NCBI GenBank assembly: GCA_944392455.1
Contig: CALXWP010000007.1
Location: forward strand, 43,559 to 107,558
From: an uncultured Clostridia bacterium
Lineage (GTDB): Bacteria > Bacillota > Clostridia > TANB77 > CAG-508
Direction: 5' to 3'
DNA: 64,000 nucleotides
Position numbers and translations under genes: made by a program. The notes beneath the pieces are model-generated. The model was not told the origin of the DNA, searched no databases, and was given only the letters and a program-made list of their open reading frames with translations. Each line of letters starts with the position of its first letter. Position 1 is the stretch's first letter. Below are positions 49,141 through 57,673 of this stretch, in pieces.

Positions 49141-51975
49141 TTATATTGCACCTGTAATCTCCCTTACTCCATCAACATATTTCTTAACATCTTGTGGACT
49201 TAATCCTTTTTCTCCTAATCTAGACTCTAAGTCTTTAATTTTCTTGTTATCGTTTCCTACTTCACTTGCAAGGCCTGCAAGTAATACTCTTTCTTTACTA
49301 GCTCTATCATTTCCAAAGCCTTCTGCTTTCATTGCTTTTATAATCATCTCATCATCGGTTATACCATTTGCCCTATATTCTTGGGCTTCTTTCATAACTT
49401 TTTTGATATCTCCTTTTGGAATTTCTAATTTATCAGCATATAATTTTTGTCTATCCTTATCTTTCATAGCAGCTTTATCTTCTAAGTCTCTTTGTCTTTG
49501 TTTTTCAGCTTCTTCACCTTTGGTAGCGATAGTATATGTACTTGCAGCACTAGAAGCTGCTTCTTTTACAAAATCATCAGCACTTCCTACGGCTCCTAAT
49601 GCTCCACTTCCTGCAGCCCATCCGGCTGCAGCACCTGCTGCTCCGTATCTCAATATATTATTATCATCTCCTGAAGCTAAACCTCCTGCTACACCTAAAG
49701 TCGCTGCTGTCGCTGCTAAAGTTCCTTTTACTGCTGCTTTTCCAACTCTAGGTGCTGCATATTTTAATCCTTGCATTCCGACAGCTCCAACACCTTTTGC
49801 AATATTTCCAGCAGCTTTTGCTCCTTGTACCATATGTCCACCTAATGTCCTAGCTGAGTTCCTAATTGGTTTTGGTATTGATGTTCTAATTTTGTTTGCT
49901 CCACTTTGTACTGTATTTGCCATAGCTCTTACAGATTTAGCGCCTGCAGCTCCCAAATCTCTAGCAACCCTTACTGGTACAGTATTAGGTGCCCAATTAG
50001 CAAATCTATGTGCTACTGCTCTAGATTTATCTGAAACTTTATTCATTCTTGCTTGCAATCTGCTTCCTTGATAGCTATCACGTAAATATGTTCCTACGCC
50101 TCTTGTATCAGTTTCTCTAATTCTAGCCATTCCTTCTGCAATTTCTCTTTCTCTCCATTCTCTTTGCTCTTCTGCATTCATATCTTCTGGATATGTTGAA
50201 TTTATTCTATCTCTTAAAGCTTGTTGCTCTGCTGCAATTCTATCTCCTTCATCAGATCTTCCACTTGCATTTCTTTGTCTTTGATCTGCCAAACTATTTT
50301 GAGCAGATAATTGTCTTTGACCATTTGCCCCTTGTGAATCTGCATCTTGACCATTTTGATTTCTTCCGGTTATTTGATTCATTAAGTCTCTAGTCTTAAT
50401 TTTTCTAGCTGATGCTGCCGCACCAGAACCAGCTCCTCCACTTCCAGCTTTTCCACCAGCATTTCCTTTTTTGCTTCCAATACCTGCTATCTTCTTTATT
50501 TGACTTATACCAGCCATTGCTAAAGCTCCACCTATAGCTGATCCATTTGCATCTAATGTTGACGCTTTATCAAATCCAAAGAACCTTCTCATTATTTTTT
50601 CTGCTTGGAATATAAATCCTATTGCAACAATAGCATATATCATATTTACAGTTCCATCTCCACCGTCTCTTGCTGCTATGCTAATCGCAGATCCAACTAA
50701 CATTGTGTATAAAATCAAATGGAGTGGTTGTATTAATAAATTAAATACATATTCTTTTAACCACATATTAAATGCTTGTGCATTTCCATCCCCCATTTTA
50801 TCTAATGGATATGTCATAGCAACCAATGGTGCTATCATTGTTAAAAATGCTAACATTATTAATCTCTTTAGGTATACTACTAAAAATGCTATTGTATAAA
50901 TTACTAATATTAGGAATAAAACTGTATATCCTAATTGTCTTAATAATTCATTATCTTCTGTCGCACCTTCATCTAATTGTAATTGAATTCTAACTTGTCC
51001 CATTAGATTTGTAGGCCAATAATATTCGCTACTATCTTCATTTTCTATTAATCCATTTTCCACAAAGAATTCTGACGCATCTACTACGGATGCCTCTTTT
51101 TCTCCACTTTCTTCACTTATAACTTCTACTCTGTAATCTTCCTCTTTTAAATTAGGTAATGTAATAATTGTAGGTGTATTTAGTTCATTTATACCTTCTG
51201 AAATTGCTTCTACAACAGTAGTAGCAAAAGCCATTATATAATGCATAAAAAATAATATACACATTGCTACAATCCAGCTAAATAATTTTTCTTTATATTT
51301 TGCTTTGTCTTGTGCTGCACTGCTTGTAACTATTCTAATACCTATATATAGTAATACTGATAGTAAAACAACTAATGCAAAGTTTCTAAGTGTTAAATAC
51401 CAGCTTGAAATAGTACTTTGTAATTGAGAGGCTGTTGACACTTGTTCTGTTGATGTATCTCCATTTATTGCAGTAATTTGTTCATATTCATTAGGATTAA
51501 AGAAGTTTACATCCAAAAGTGCTATTTTATTTGCAAATATTTCTTCAGGACTTATAACATATATTGGTAAATAAACTGTTGGTGGCAACATATCTGCTGT
51601 TATTTTATATGCTGCATATGCTCCAATACCAGCTGCAACTAATGCAACTAAACTAAGTCCACCTGTAATAATTGCTGTACCTACAACTATTGCTATACCA
51701 ACTATCCATGCAACAACTGCGGGAAGTGTATCTCCTATTTCAGTGGATACTTTCGTCAGAGAACTTTCCATTCCAAATAAAATTCCCTGAATTAAATTCA
51801 TTATACCATCACCAATAGCTAATAATAAGTCAACTATTGGTGAAAGTAATGTTCCTCCTATTACTTCTGCAACGCCTGCCTGACTGATAGTTGGAGCTGA
51901 AAAGTTAAATAGTATTACTATTACTAAGATTATTGCTATCTTTAGTATCATGCTTTTACTTTTTAATATTTCCAT
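49141..51975 (-). CDS. VirB6-like polytopic membrane protein (TcpH/ConG/Orf15 class) with ~450-aa Ala/Gly/Arg-rich C-terminal extension
   Basis: 944 aa. Signal/TM then more than six TM helices in the first ~490 aa. The C-terminal half is hydrophilic and low-complexity (GNAGGKAGSGGAGSGAAASARK...). Sits immediately after the VirB4 gene. Confidence 0.5.
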   Translation of the reverse strand: MEILKSKSMILKIAIILVIVILFNFSAPTISQAGVAEVIGGTLLSPIVDLLLAIGDGIMNLIQGILFGMESSLTKVSTEIGDTLPAVVAWIVGIAIVVGTAIITGGLSLVALVAAGIGAYAAYKITADMLPPTVYLPIYVISPEEIFANKIALLDVNFFNPNEYEQITAINGDTSTEQVSTASQLQSTISSWYLTLRNFALVVLLSVLLYIGIRIVTSSAAQDKAKYKEKLFSWIVAMCILFFMHYIMAFATTVVEAISEGINELNTPTIITLPNLKEEDYRVEVISEESGEKEASVVDASEFFVENGLIENEDSSEYYWPTNLMGQVRIQLQLDEGATEDNELLRQLGYTVLFLILVIYTIAFLVVYLKRLIMLAFLTMIAPLVAMTYPLDKMGDGNAQAFNMWLKEYVFNLLIQPLHLILYTMLVGSAISIAARDGGDGTVNMIYAIVAIGFIFQAEKIMRRFFGFDKASTLDANGSAIGGALAMAGISQIKKIAGIGSKKGNAGGKAGSGGAGSGAAASARKIKTRDLMNQITGRNQNGQDADSQGANGQRQLSAQNSLADQRQRNASGRSDEGDRIAAEQQALRDRINSTYPEDMNAEEQREWREREIAEGMARIRETDTRGVGTYLRDSYQGSRLQARMNKVSDKSRAVAHRFANWAPNTVPVRVARDLGAAGAKSVRAMANTVQSGANKIRTSIPKPIRNSARTLGGHMVQGAKAAGNIAKGVGAVGMQGLKYAAPRVGKAAVKGTLAATAATLGVAGGLASGDDNNILRYGAAGAAAGWAAGSGALGAVGSADDFVKEAASSAASTYTIATKGEEAEKQRQRDLEDKAAMKDKDRQKLYADKLEIPKGDIKKVMKEAQEYRANGITDDEMIIKAMKAEGFGNDRASKERVLLAGLASEVGNDNKKIKDLESRLGEKGLSPQDVKKYVDGVREITGAI

Positions 51976-51984
51976 ATTCTCCCC

Positions 51985-54030
51985 CTAATACTTATTGTCC
52001 GTTCTTTTTCCTTTTTGTACTAATTTATTTAAGTTTGTTTCAACGAATTCAAATTCTTTTGCCGTAGGTCTTATTTGAATAATTGCACTATCTCCTCCTA
52101 CTTTTAATAATCCTTCTCCTTTTAAACAAGTTACTAGGAAATTAGCTTCTCCTTCACTTAATTTAAATACCTCTTTTAAGTATTGTATTTCAGCTTTATC
52201 TTGTGCTAAAAATAGTTTTGTATCTGATGAAGTCAAAACTGCTTGTGCTTCTGGTTTTTCATAGAAATCTTGGAATCTTTGTGAAATAATTGCAAGTGAT
52301 ACATTTCTTTTTCTAGCACGTCTTGCCATAGTATTTAAGAAATCTACGGCTTCTGGGAATGGAAGTAACATCCACGCCTCATCAACTAAAACTCTTTTCT
52401 TAGCAGCTTTTGTTCTATCTTCACTATTCTTTTTAACATATTTTTCCCATATCCACTCTAGCAATATTTGTTGTGCAAGTGGTCTTGCAAATTTTTCTTC
52501 AAGTTGTGATATGTCAAGATTGATGAATAAAGCTCCCTCTAATAAATCAAATGTAGACTGTCCATCAAAATATGCCATTTGTCCATCATATTCTCTTATG
52601 TATTGTTTCATAACTTTTAATAGATAACTATAATGGAAATTATAATCAGGGTTTTTGTTGTCATCTGCTTTCTTTTGTATTCTTCTATACCAAGAACCTA
52701 TAGTTGGCATATCCTTTTTCTTTCTACCTAACATATTACCAGATAAGCTTCCTCCTGTTTGAGCTGCTTCAAATAAACTGTTAGGATCACTATTTATTCC
52801 ATGTGCAGCATATTCTTCTGCAACAGATTCTGCAATAATTTGTTTTGTAAGCTCATTAACTTCTTCACTTCTTGTACTACCTTTAGCCATTGTAAGTAAA
52901 GCTTGTGTAACGTCCTCTACTTTGTTTTCTACATTCAATACTAATTTATCTCTACCTGTAATTTCATCTTTCACAATTTCTGTTTCAACATCAAATATAT
53001 TTATAACTGTTTTTGATGTTGGACTTATAACGACATTAATTCCTCCTAAACTTTCTGCCACTATGCTATATTCACCTTCTGCATCCAAAGCTAAACTTTG
53101 TACCCCCATTAGAACTGCAGACCTTGAAATTAATGTTTTCATTGTAACTGACTTTCCTGCTCCAGACTTAGCAAATATAACCATATTATAATTTGTAAGT
53201 GAGCTATGAAAATTATCAAAAAGCACTGGTACTCCAGTTTGTTTATTTATTCCTAAAGGTACTCCTGTAGAATGTCCAACTTCTGATGTTGTAAATGGAA
53301 ATACTGTTCCCATTGATCTTCTATCAAATGTATGTGTTTTCTTTATTTTATCATCCATTAATGGTAAATTTGATTTAAATGCTTCTTCTTGCATTCCCCA
53401 TGCACTCTTGATAGAAACTAATGATTTAGACATTTCTGTTGATAAAAGTTTTGTATATCTTTCTAGGTCTTCTAAATTATATGCAAATAAAGTTGAAACA
53501 ATTGAAGCTTCATATAATTTGTTAAATCCTGCTGCAATTTCATCTCTTAGCTCTTCTGCTTCTAATCTTTTTTGTCCTAGATCTGATTCTCTATTGATAT
53601 TTCCTCTATCAGCTGCAACTATTCTTTCTGTTTCTATTTCATTAATTACTCTGTTTAATTCATTTTGAGATCTTGATTCTGGAATTGGATTAATATATAT
53701 TGATGTATTAATATCTCCAAATAAGTACATATCTCTAAATAGTTCTGGGAATGTACACATTCTTGGAAGTGTTGATACAAAGAAGCTTCTTGCATATCTA
53801 GTTACATTAGAGATTATCTCTAAATGGTCTATGTTAGTTGCGTCAATTCCAGAAGGAGCTATAAGCTCTTTTATTGTTTTTTTCTTTAAAATTTGAAATT
53901 CATCTGGTTTTGTATAATCATTAAGCTGTCTTCGTTGTTCTTCTTCTCTTTGTTTTTTCTTTGCCATCTTCTTTTGTACCTCCTTCTTTACTTTGTTTTT
54001 TCTTTGCATTTCTCTCTGCTTTTTCTTCAT
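51985..54030 (-). CDS. VirB4-family type IV secretion ATPase (TcpF/ConE/TraE-like)
   Basis: 681 aa. Walker A FAKSGAGKSVTMKT, Walker B RVLVDEAWMLL, N-terminal region TRYARSFFVSTLP typical of Gram-positive VirB4. Confidence 0.85.
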   Translation of the reverse strand: MKKKQREMQRKNKVKKEVQKKMAKKKQREEEQRRQLNDYTKPDEFQILKKKTIKELIAPSGIDATNIDHLEIISNVTRYARSFFVSTLPRMCTFPELFRDMYLFGDINTSIYINPIPESRSQNELNRVINEIETERIVAADRGNINRESDLGQKRLEAEELRDEIAAGFNKLYEASIVSTLFAYNLEDLERYTKLLSTEMSKSLVSIKSAWGMQEEAFKSNLPLMDDKIKKTHTFDRRSMGTVFPFTTSEVGHSTGVPLGINKQTGVPVLFDNFHSSLTNYNMVIFAKSGAGKSVTMKTLISRSAVLMGVQSLALDAEGEYSIVAESLGGINVVISPTSKTVINIFDVETEIVKDEITGRDKLVLNVENKVEDVTQALLTMAKGSTRSEEVNELTKQIIAESVAEEYAAHGINSDPNSLFEAAQTGGSLSGNMLGRKKKDMPTIGSWYRRIQKKADDNKNPDYNFHYSYLLKVMKQYIREYDGQMAYFDGQSTFDLLEGALFINLDISQLEEKFARPLAQQILLEWIWEKYVKKNSEDRTKAAKKRVLVDEAWMLLPFPEAVDFLNTMARRARKRNVSLAIISQRFQDFYEKPEAQAVLTSSDTKLFLAQDKAEIQYLKEVFKLSEGEANFLVTCLKGEGLLKVGGDSAIIQIRPTAKEFEFVETNLNKLVQKGKRTDNKY

Positions 54031-55162
54031 TTATACTATTTATTGCATCTTGTGCAACATCATAACCAACAGCATCAGTATTTTGTTCTATAATTAATTT
54101 AGCTAAATTATCTATTAGATTATCCATGTTGTTTTCTTTCTTCTGTAAAGCTTTTTCTTTTGCTGATTGAGCTTCAATTACTTTTTCATTGGCTTTATTA
54201 AATGCTTCTTCTTCTATCTTCTCGTCTAATATTCTCATCTTCTTATCTAATACATCTTCTCCAGTTGAATATAGTTCGTCATATCCTGCTCTTAATGCTT
54301 TATCTAACCCGAAGACTTCTTGTTCATCTCTGTTATATGCTACATAAAGTAATTCAACTAATTCTTCTGAAATAAGTATTCTTCCATTAACTTCGCATCC
54401 TGCTAAAGTTCTTATAATTGATTGACATCTTGTATATAATTCTGAGAAAGCCATATTTGTTATTTCTTCTTTATCGAATTCATCAGTTCCTGAATCTTCA
54501 GGTATGTAAGGAACAATTATATAATAGTTCTGATTTAAAACATTTTTATTTAAACTCATCTTTTCTGTTGAATATATAATATCTTTTCCATACTCTGTAA
54601 GATTCCTTTGTTTTGTAAGTTCATAATACACTTGATCAAGCTGTTCTTTTGTGTAATTTCCTGAACTCTTCATTTCTCTATATCTCATTTCTTGTTTATT
54701 ATAATCATCTTCTATTTGTTTTACTCTATCTCTATAACCCTGTAAACTATTTTCTAGATTGATTGTTCTAGTTTGGACATATAACTGTACTGGATGTCTA
54801 ATAGTATTTAAGAATTGTATAAATCCTTCTTCAACAGCATTTTTTTCAACTTCTGACATTAAATCATAGTTTATTCCTTGGCATTCAATAACCATTATAT
54901 ATTTAAATCCATCTTTTTGTATTATCATATTATCTTCAATTCTATCAAACTCCATAAAGTCCATTACAGATTGAACTGCAAATGTTTTTGATTTTGGGAT
55001 TTCTTTTTCTTCTTCTCCAGTAGAAATTCTATCTGATTTTCCAACTTTCTTTTCTTTTTTGTTTTTTGTAGAAAAATATACTACTACAAGGGCTACTAAT
55101 AATATAATAATTAAAATTATTATAAACATTAAAATCATTCTTAAAGTTTCCATACTATCCAT
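53921..55162 (-). CDS. Hypothetical T4SS-associated membrane protein (N-terminal TM, coiled-coil, basic tail)
   Basis: 413 aa. Overlaps the annotated VirB4 start by up to 110 nt. Faint resemblance to a VirB4 N-terminal-domain segment (IIQKDGFKYIMVIECQGINYDLMSEVE). Confidence 0.4.
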   Translation of the reverse strand: MDSMETLRMILMFIIILIIILLVALVVVYFSTKNKKEKKVGKSDRISTGEEEKEIPKSKTFAVQSVMDFMEFDRIEDNMIIQKDGFKYIMVIECQGINYDLMSEVEKNAVEEGFIQFLNTIRHPVQLYVQTRTINLENSLQGYRDRVKQIEDDYNKQEMRYREMKSSGNYTKEQLDQVYYELTKQRNLTEYGKDIIYSTEKMSLNKNVLNQNYYIIVPYIPEDSGTDEFDKEEITNMAFSELYTRCQSIIRTLAGCEVNGRILISEELVELLYVAYNRDEQEVFGLDKALRAGYDELYSTGEDVLDKKMRILDEKIEEEAFNKANEKVIEAQSAKEKALQKKENNMDNLIDNLAKLIIEQNTDAVGYDVAQDAINSINEEKAERNAKKKQSKEGGTKEDGKEKTKRRRTTKTA

Positions 55163-55532
55163 TCTTTTCTTCCTCCTTATAAATATATATTTTTCTTCCT
55201 TTTGTTCTAAATTTTATGGCTCTTTTTATTATATCATCTATATTTTCTCCACCTGTTTTTTGTGCAAATTTAAATTTTCCTAAATTTGGCATTTTTAAAG
55301 TTCCGATTACAAATCCAATTAAAGCAAAAATTACTGTTATTACTATACCTACCATTGTTAGGCCAAATGCAGAAAATAAGAAATAAAATATAAGTCCACA
55401 AGATCCTCCAATTACAGTATACATCATACTTTTACCTGTGAAAATAAACAAAATTCTACCCTCACCTTTTACACTTCTTGGCAAGTTATATGTCCCCATA
55501 TATGCTTCCTCCTTCGTTAATCTTTTATCCAT
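55155..55532 (-). CDS. VirB3/TcpE-like small two-TM protein
   Basis: 125 aa. Two adjacent TM helices after a short cytoplasmic N-terminus. Directly upstream of the VirB4 region. Confidence 0.5.
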   Translation of the reverse strand: MDKRLTKEEAYMGTYNLPRSVKGEGRILFIFTGKSMMYTVIGGSCGLIFYFLFSAFGLTMVGIVITVIFALIGFVIGTLKMPNLGKFKFAQKTGGENIDDIIKRAIKFRTKGRKIYIYKEEEKNG

Positions 55533-55579
55533 ATTAATATAATTTATATTATAGCAGATTTTTTCCTAAAAAGATACAA

Positions 55580-55616
55580 AAAAAACAAAAAAAGTGCATT
55601 TGTAATGCACTTTTAA
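55580..55616 (-). terminator. Intrinsic terminator after the pilin gene array
   Basis: On the minus strand: aaagtgcattacaaatgcacttt, then a long T-run. Confidence 0.55.
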
Positions 55617-55656
55617 TATATTTGTAATATTATTGTAATGTTTCTGTAATATTATG

Positions 55657-56022
55657 TTATGCTGTTATACTTTGAGACATTGCTATTACTGCTTTGGCTA
55701 TAGCAGATGCACCAAATATAATTACAGCACCAACTAAATATGGGATCATAGTCTTCTTGTATTCAGCTTTTTCTGCAGCACTACCCATCATGTATTTAAT
55801 ACCTAATACTAATAATACCACTACTGCTACTATAATACCAACTGTTGTAATAATACTAATAATATTTTTACCAACATTTTGTATACCTGTTGTATTTGCA
55901 TTTCCTCCTGTCATTAATGAATCAACTAATCCTGAATCAGTTGCATATGCAGGTACTGCTAATACTGCAAGTAGCATTATTGATAATAAAATTATTGATA
56001 ATATTTTTACTGACTTTTTCAT
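55657..56022 (-). CDS. VirB2/TrbC-like pilin paralog 3
   Basis: 121 aa. Signal peptide (AYA-TD), TM1, charged loop GIKYMMGSAAEKAEYKK, TM2 YLVGAVIIFGASAIAKAV. Compare A. tumefaciens VirB2 ...ISWMFGRAS...IVIMFGASFLG. Confidence 0.6.
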   Translation of the reverse strand: MKKSVKILSIILLSIMLLAVLAVPAYATDSGLVDSLMTGGNANTTGIQNVGKNIISIITTVGIIVAVVVLLVLGIKYMMGSAAEKAEYKKTMIPYLVGAVIIFGASAIAKAVIAMSQSITA

Positions 56023-56106
56023 AATTTCCTCCTTTTATGTATATTAAAAATATATGTAATATCTCTTTTTGAGATAATGTTAAAATCATTAATAATATAT
56101 GTTTTG

Positions 56107-56496
56107 TTATTGTGTTGCATTTAGCATTTCTACAACTATTTTCCAGATTGCAAATGCACCAAATATTACAACACATCCTACTATATATGGTACAAGTAAT
56201 TCTTTTGTTTCCGCCTTTTGAGTTGAACTTCCTGTCATCATTTTTATTCCTATAATTAGTCCTACGATAACAGCAGCTACAATTCCTACTGCTAATAATA
56301 TGTTGTACATTACATTTGAAACATTTTTAAAACTATCCTCATCCATTACAGTATTTTCGGTTGTTCCCGAATTTAAAAAATTTTGTGCACCTCCAAAAAT
56401 TTTTCCTGGAGTTATATCATTTGCAGAAACTATTGTAATGTTAGCTATTATTATAAATATTATAATTATACTAAATGCTATTTTTAATGTTTTCAT
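56107..56496 (-). CDS. VirB2/TrbC-like pilin paralog 2
   Basis: 129 aa. Same architecture (GIKMMTGSSTQKAETKE...YIVGCVVIFGAFAIWKIV). Confidence 0.6.
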   Translation of the reverse strand: MKTLKIAFSIIIIFIIIANITIVSANDITPGKIFGGAQNFLNSGTTENTVMDEDSFKNVSNVMYNILLAVGIVAAVIVGLIIGIKMMTGSSTQKAETKELLVPYIVGCVVIFGAFAIWKIVVEMLNATQ

Positions 56497-56515
56497 CTTT
56501 ACTCCTTTTTAATAC

Positions 56516-56893
56516 TTACAAAGCATCAGCCACATCAATGATGACTGCTATGATTTGGCTTAAAGCAAAAAACAGTACTACACCAATTATATACGCTTTC
56601 ATACTCTTTTTATATTCAGCTTTTTCTTCAATGCTTCCAACCATATATTTTATTCCTAATGCCAGCAAAGCAACTACAGTAACTATAATTCCAATATATC
56701 TTATATAATCAACTAATGTCGCAGCAGCATCTGTAATTTCTTTTACATCATTTGTATTCATTTGTGGTGGTTCCCAACTGCTAGGATTTATAGTTTTAGG
56801 AACATCTGCATTAGACTGATTTGGAATCATTAATAGTATTACTAGAATAATGAATAATATAGTCAATATATGCTTCAATAGTTCTTTTTTCAC
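56516..56893 (-). CDS. VirB2/TrbC-like pilin paralog 1 (GTG start)
   Basis: 125 aa. Same architecture (GIKYMVGSIEEKAEYKK...YIIGVVLFFALSQIIAVI). RBS aaagaggtg. Upstream TTGAAA, 17-nt spacer, TATAAT promoter. Confidence 0.6.
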   Translation of the reverse strand: MKKELLKHILTILFIILVILLMIPNQSNADVPKTINPSSWEPPQMNTNDVKEITDAAATLVDYIRYIGIIVTVVALLALGIKYMVGSIEEKAEYKKSMKAYIIGVVLFFALSQIIAVIIDVADAL

Positions 56894-57030
56894 TTTTTCA
56901 CCTCTTTATTACATTATAATATATGAATTTACAATTTTCAACTTTTTTATGTATTATTTTATTATAATATTAGCATATCTTTTGTATATTGTCATCTTTG
57001 TAATACAAATATCACAAAAATGTAACATTT
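56894..57030 (-). promoter_or_regulatory. Promoter and control region of the pilin array
   Basis: TTGAAA attgtaaattcatatat TATAAT consensus promoter. Repeated ttgtaat/attacaa heptamers further upstream. A similar cluster (ttgtaatattattgtaatgtttctgtaat) lies at 55620-55660. Confidence 0.4.
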
Positions 57031-57034
57031 TTGT

Positions 57035-57090
57035 AATAAAAGAAAGGAGTACCGAAGTACCCCTATTCCACAAGAAAGCATCAGCTTTCT
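57035..57090 (-). terminator. Tandem hairpins terminating the 57093..57503 gene
   Basis: Minus strand: agaaagc-tgat-gctttct, then ggggtac-UUCG-gtactcc followed by uuucuuuuauu. Confidence 0.5.
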
Positions 57091-57092
57091 CA

Positions 57093-57503
57093 TTAATCTT
57101 CGTCATCGTCATCTTCTTCGATCTCGAAATACTTAATGTCCCGCCACATGTGCTTGACATATAAGCAAATCACAGCCATTGCCAGTAAACTTCCTATAAT
57201 CATTAATGCATACACGATGATATTAATATCGCTATTTACATTTCCGATAGTAAAGGCAATGAACCTTGTCAAAGGCAAAGTTATGGCCCAGCCAATCACA
57301 TTTCCAACTATTGTTGGTTTTGTAGTGCCAGTTCTGGTAGGCATTGCAGCATTTTCGATTGCTGCTTCAATTGCTATGCCGCCAAGAATCATAACACAAA
57401 GTAGTAGAGACCACTTAGGGTCAAGAACAGGTCCCATCAAGAGACCAAAAACAGTGGTTGTTGTCAAGGGTAAAACTACCCATAAGATAGTCCGATGAAT
57501 CAT
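57093..57503 (-). CDS. Hypothetical four-TM membrane protein with poly-acidic tail (higher GC)
   Basis: Track ORF 57093..57623. Preferred start MIHRTILW (RBS aaaggag, 8 nt). Promoter TTGCAA, 17-nt spacer, gTGaTATAAT at 57564-57592. C-terminus EIEEDDDDED. Confidence 0.55.
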   Translation of the reverse strand: MIHRTILWVVLPLTTTTVFGLLMGPVLDPKWSLLLCVMILGGIAIEAAIENAAMPTRTGTTKPTIVGNVIGWAITLPLTRFIAFTIGNVNSDINIIVYALMIIGSLLAMAVICLYVKHMWRDIKYFEIEEDDDDED

Positions 57504-57673
57504 TTCTTTTTCTCCTTTCAGTTGCAAGTTGATTGTTTTTACAGTACACTTAGTACTTAAAATTATTATATCACTTATTATGTAAAATTGCAATTTTGTC
57601 ATGATTTTACCATATATATACAAAAAAAGATCACTATTAATATAGCAATCTTTTTTAATACTCTTTATTTACA

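Noticed and set aside
49112-50071. Plus-strand 319-aa Ala/Pro/Ser-rich ORF
   Set aside because: It is the antisense shadow of the Ala/Gly-rich C-terminal region of the VirB6-like gene. It has no start context.
55694-56708. Plus-strand ORFs overlapping the pilin paralogs (55694-56047, 56300-56512, 56475-56708)
   Set aside because: They are antisense to three well-supported signal-peptide/TM proteins that have their own promoter and terminator.
57136-57498. Plus-strand 120-aa ORF opposite the higher-GC membrane-protein gene
   Set aside because: The minus-strand frame has a consensus promoter, a spaced RBS and a terminator. The plus frame has none of these.
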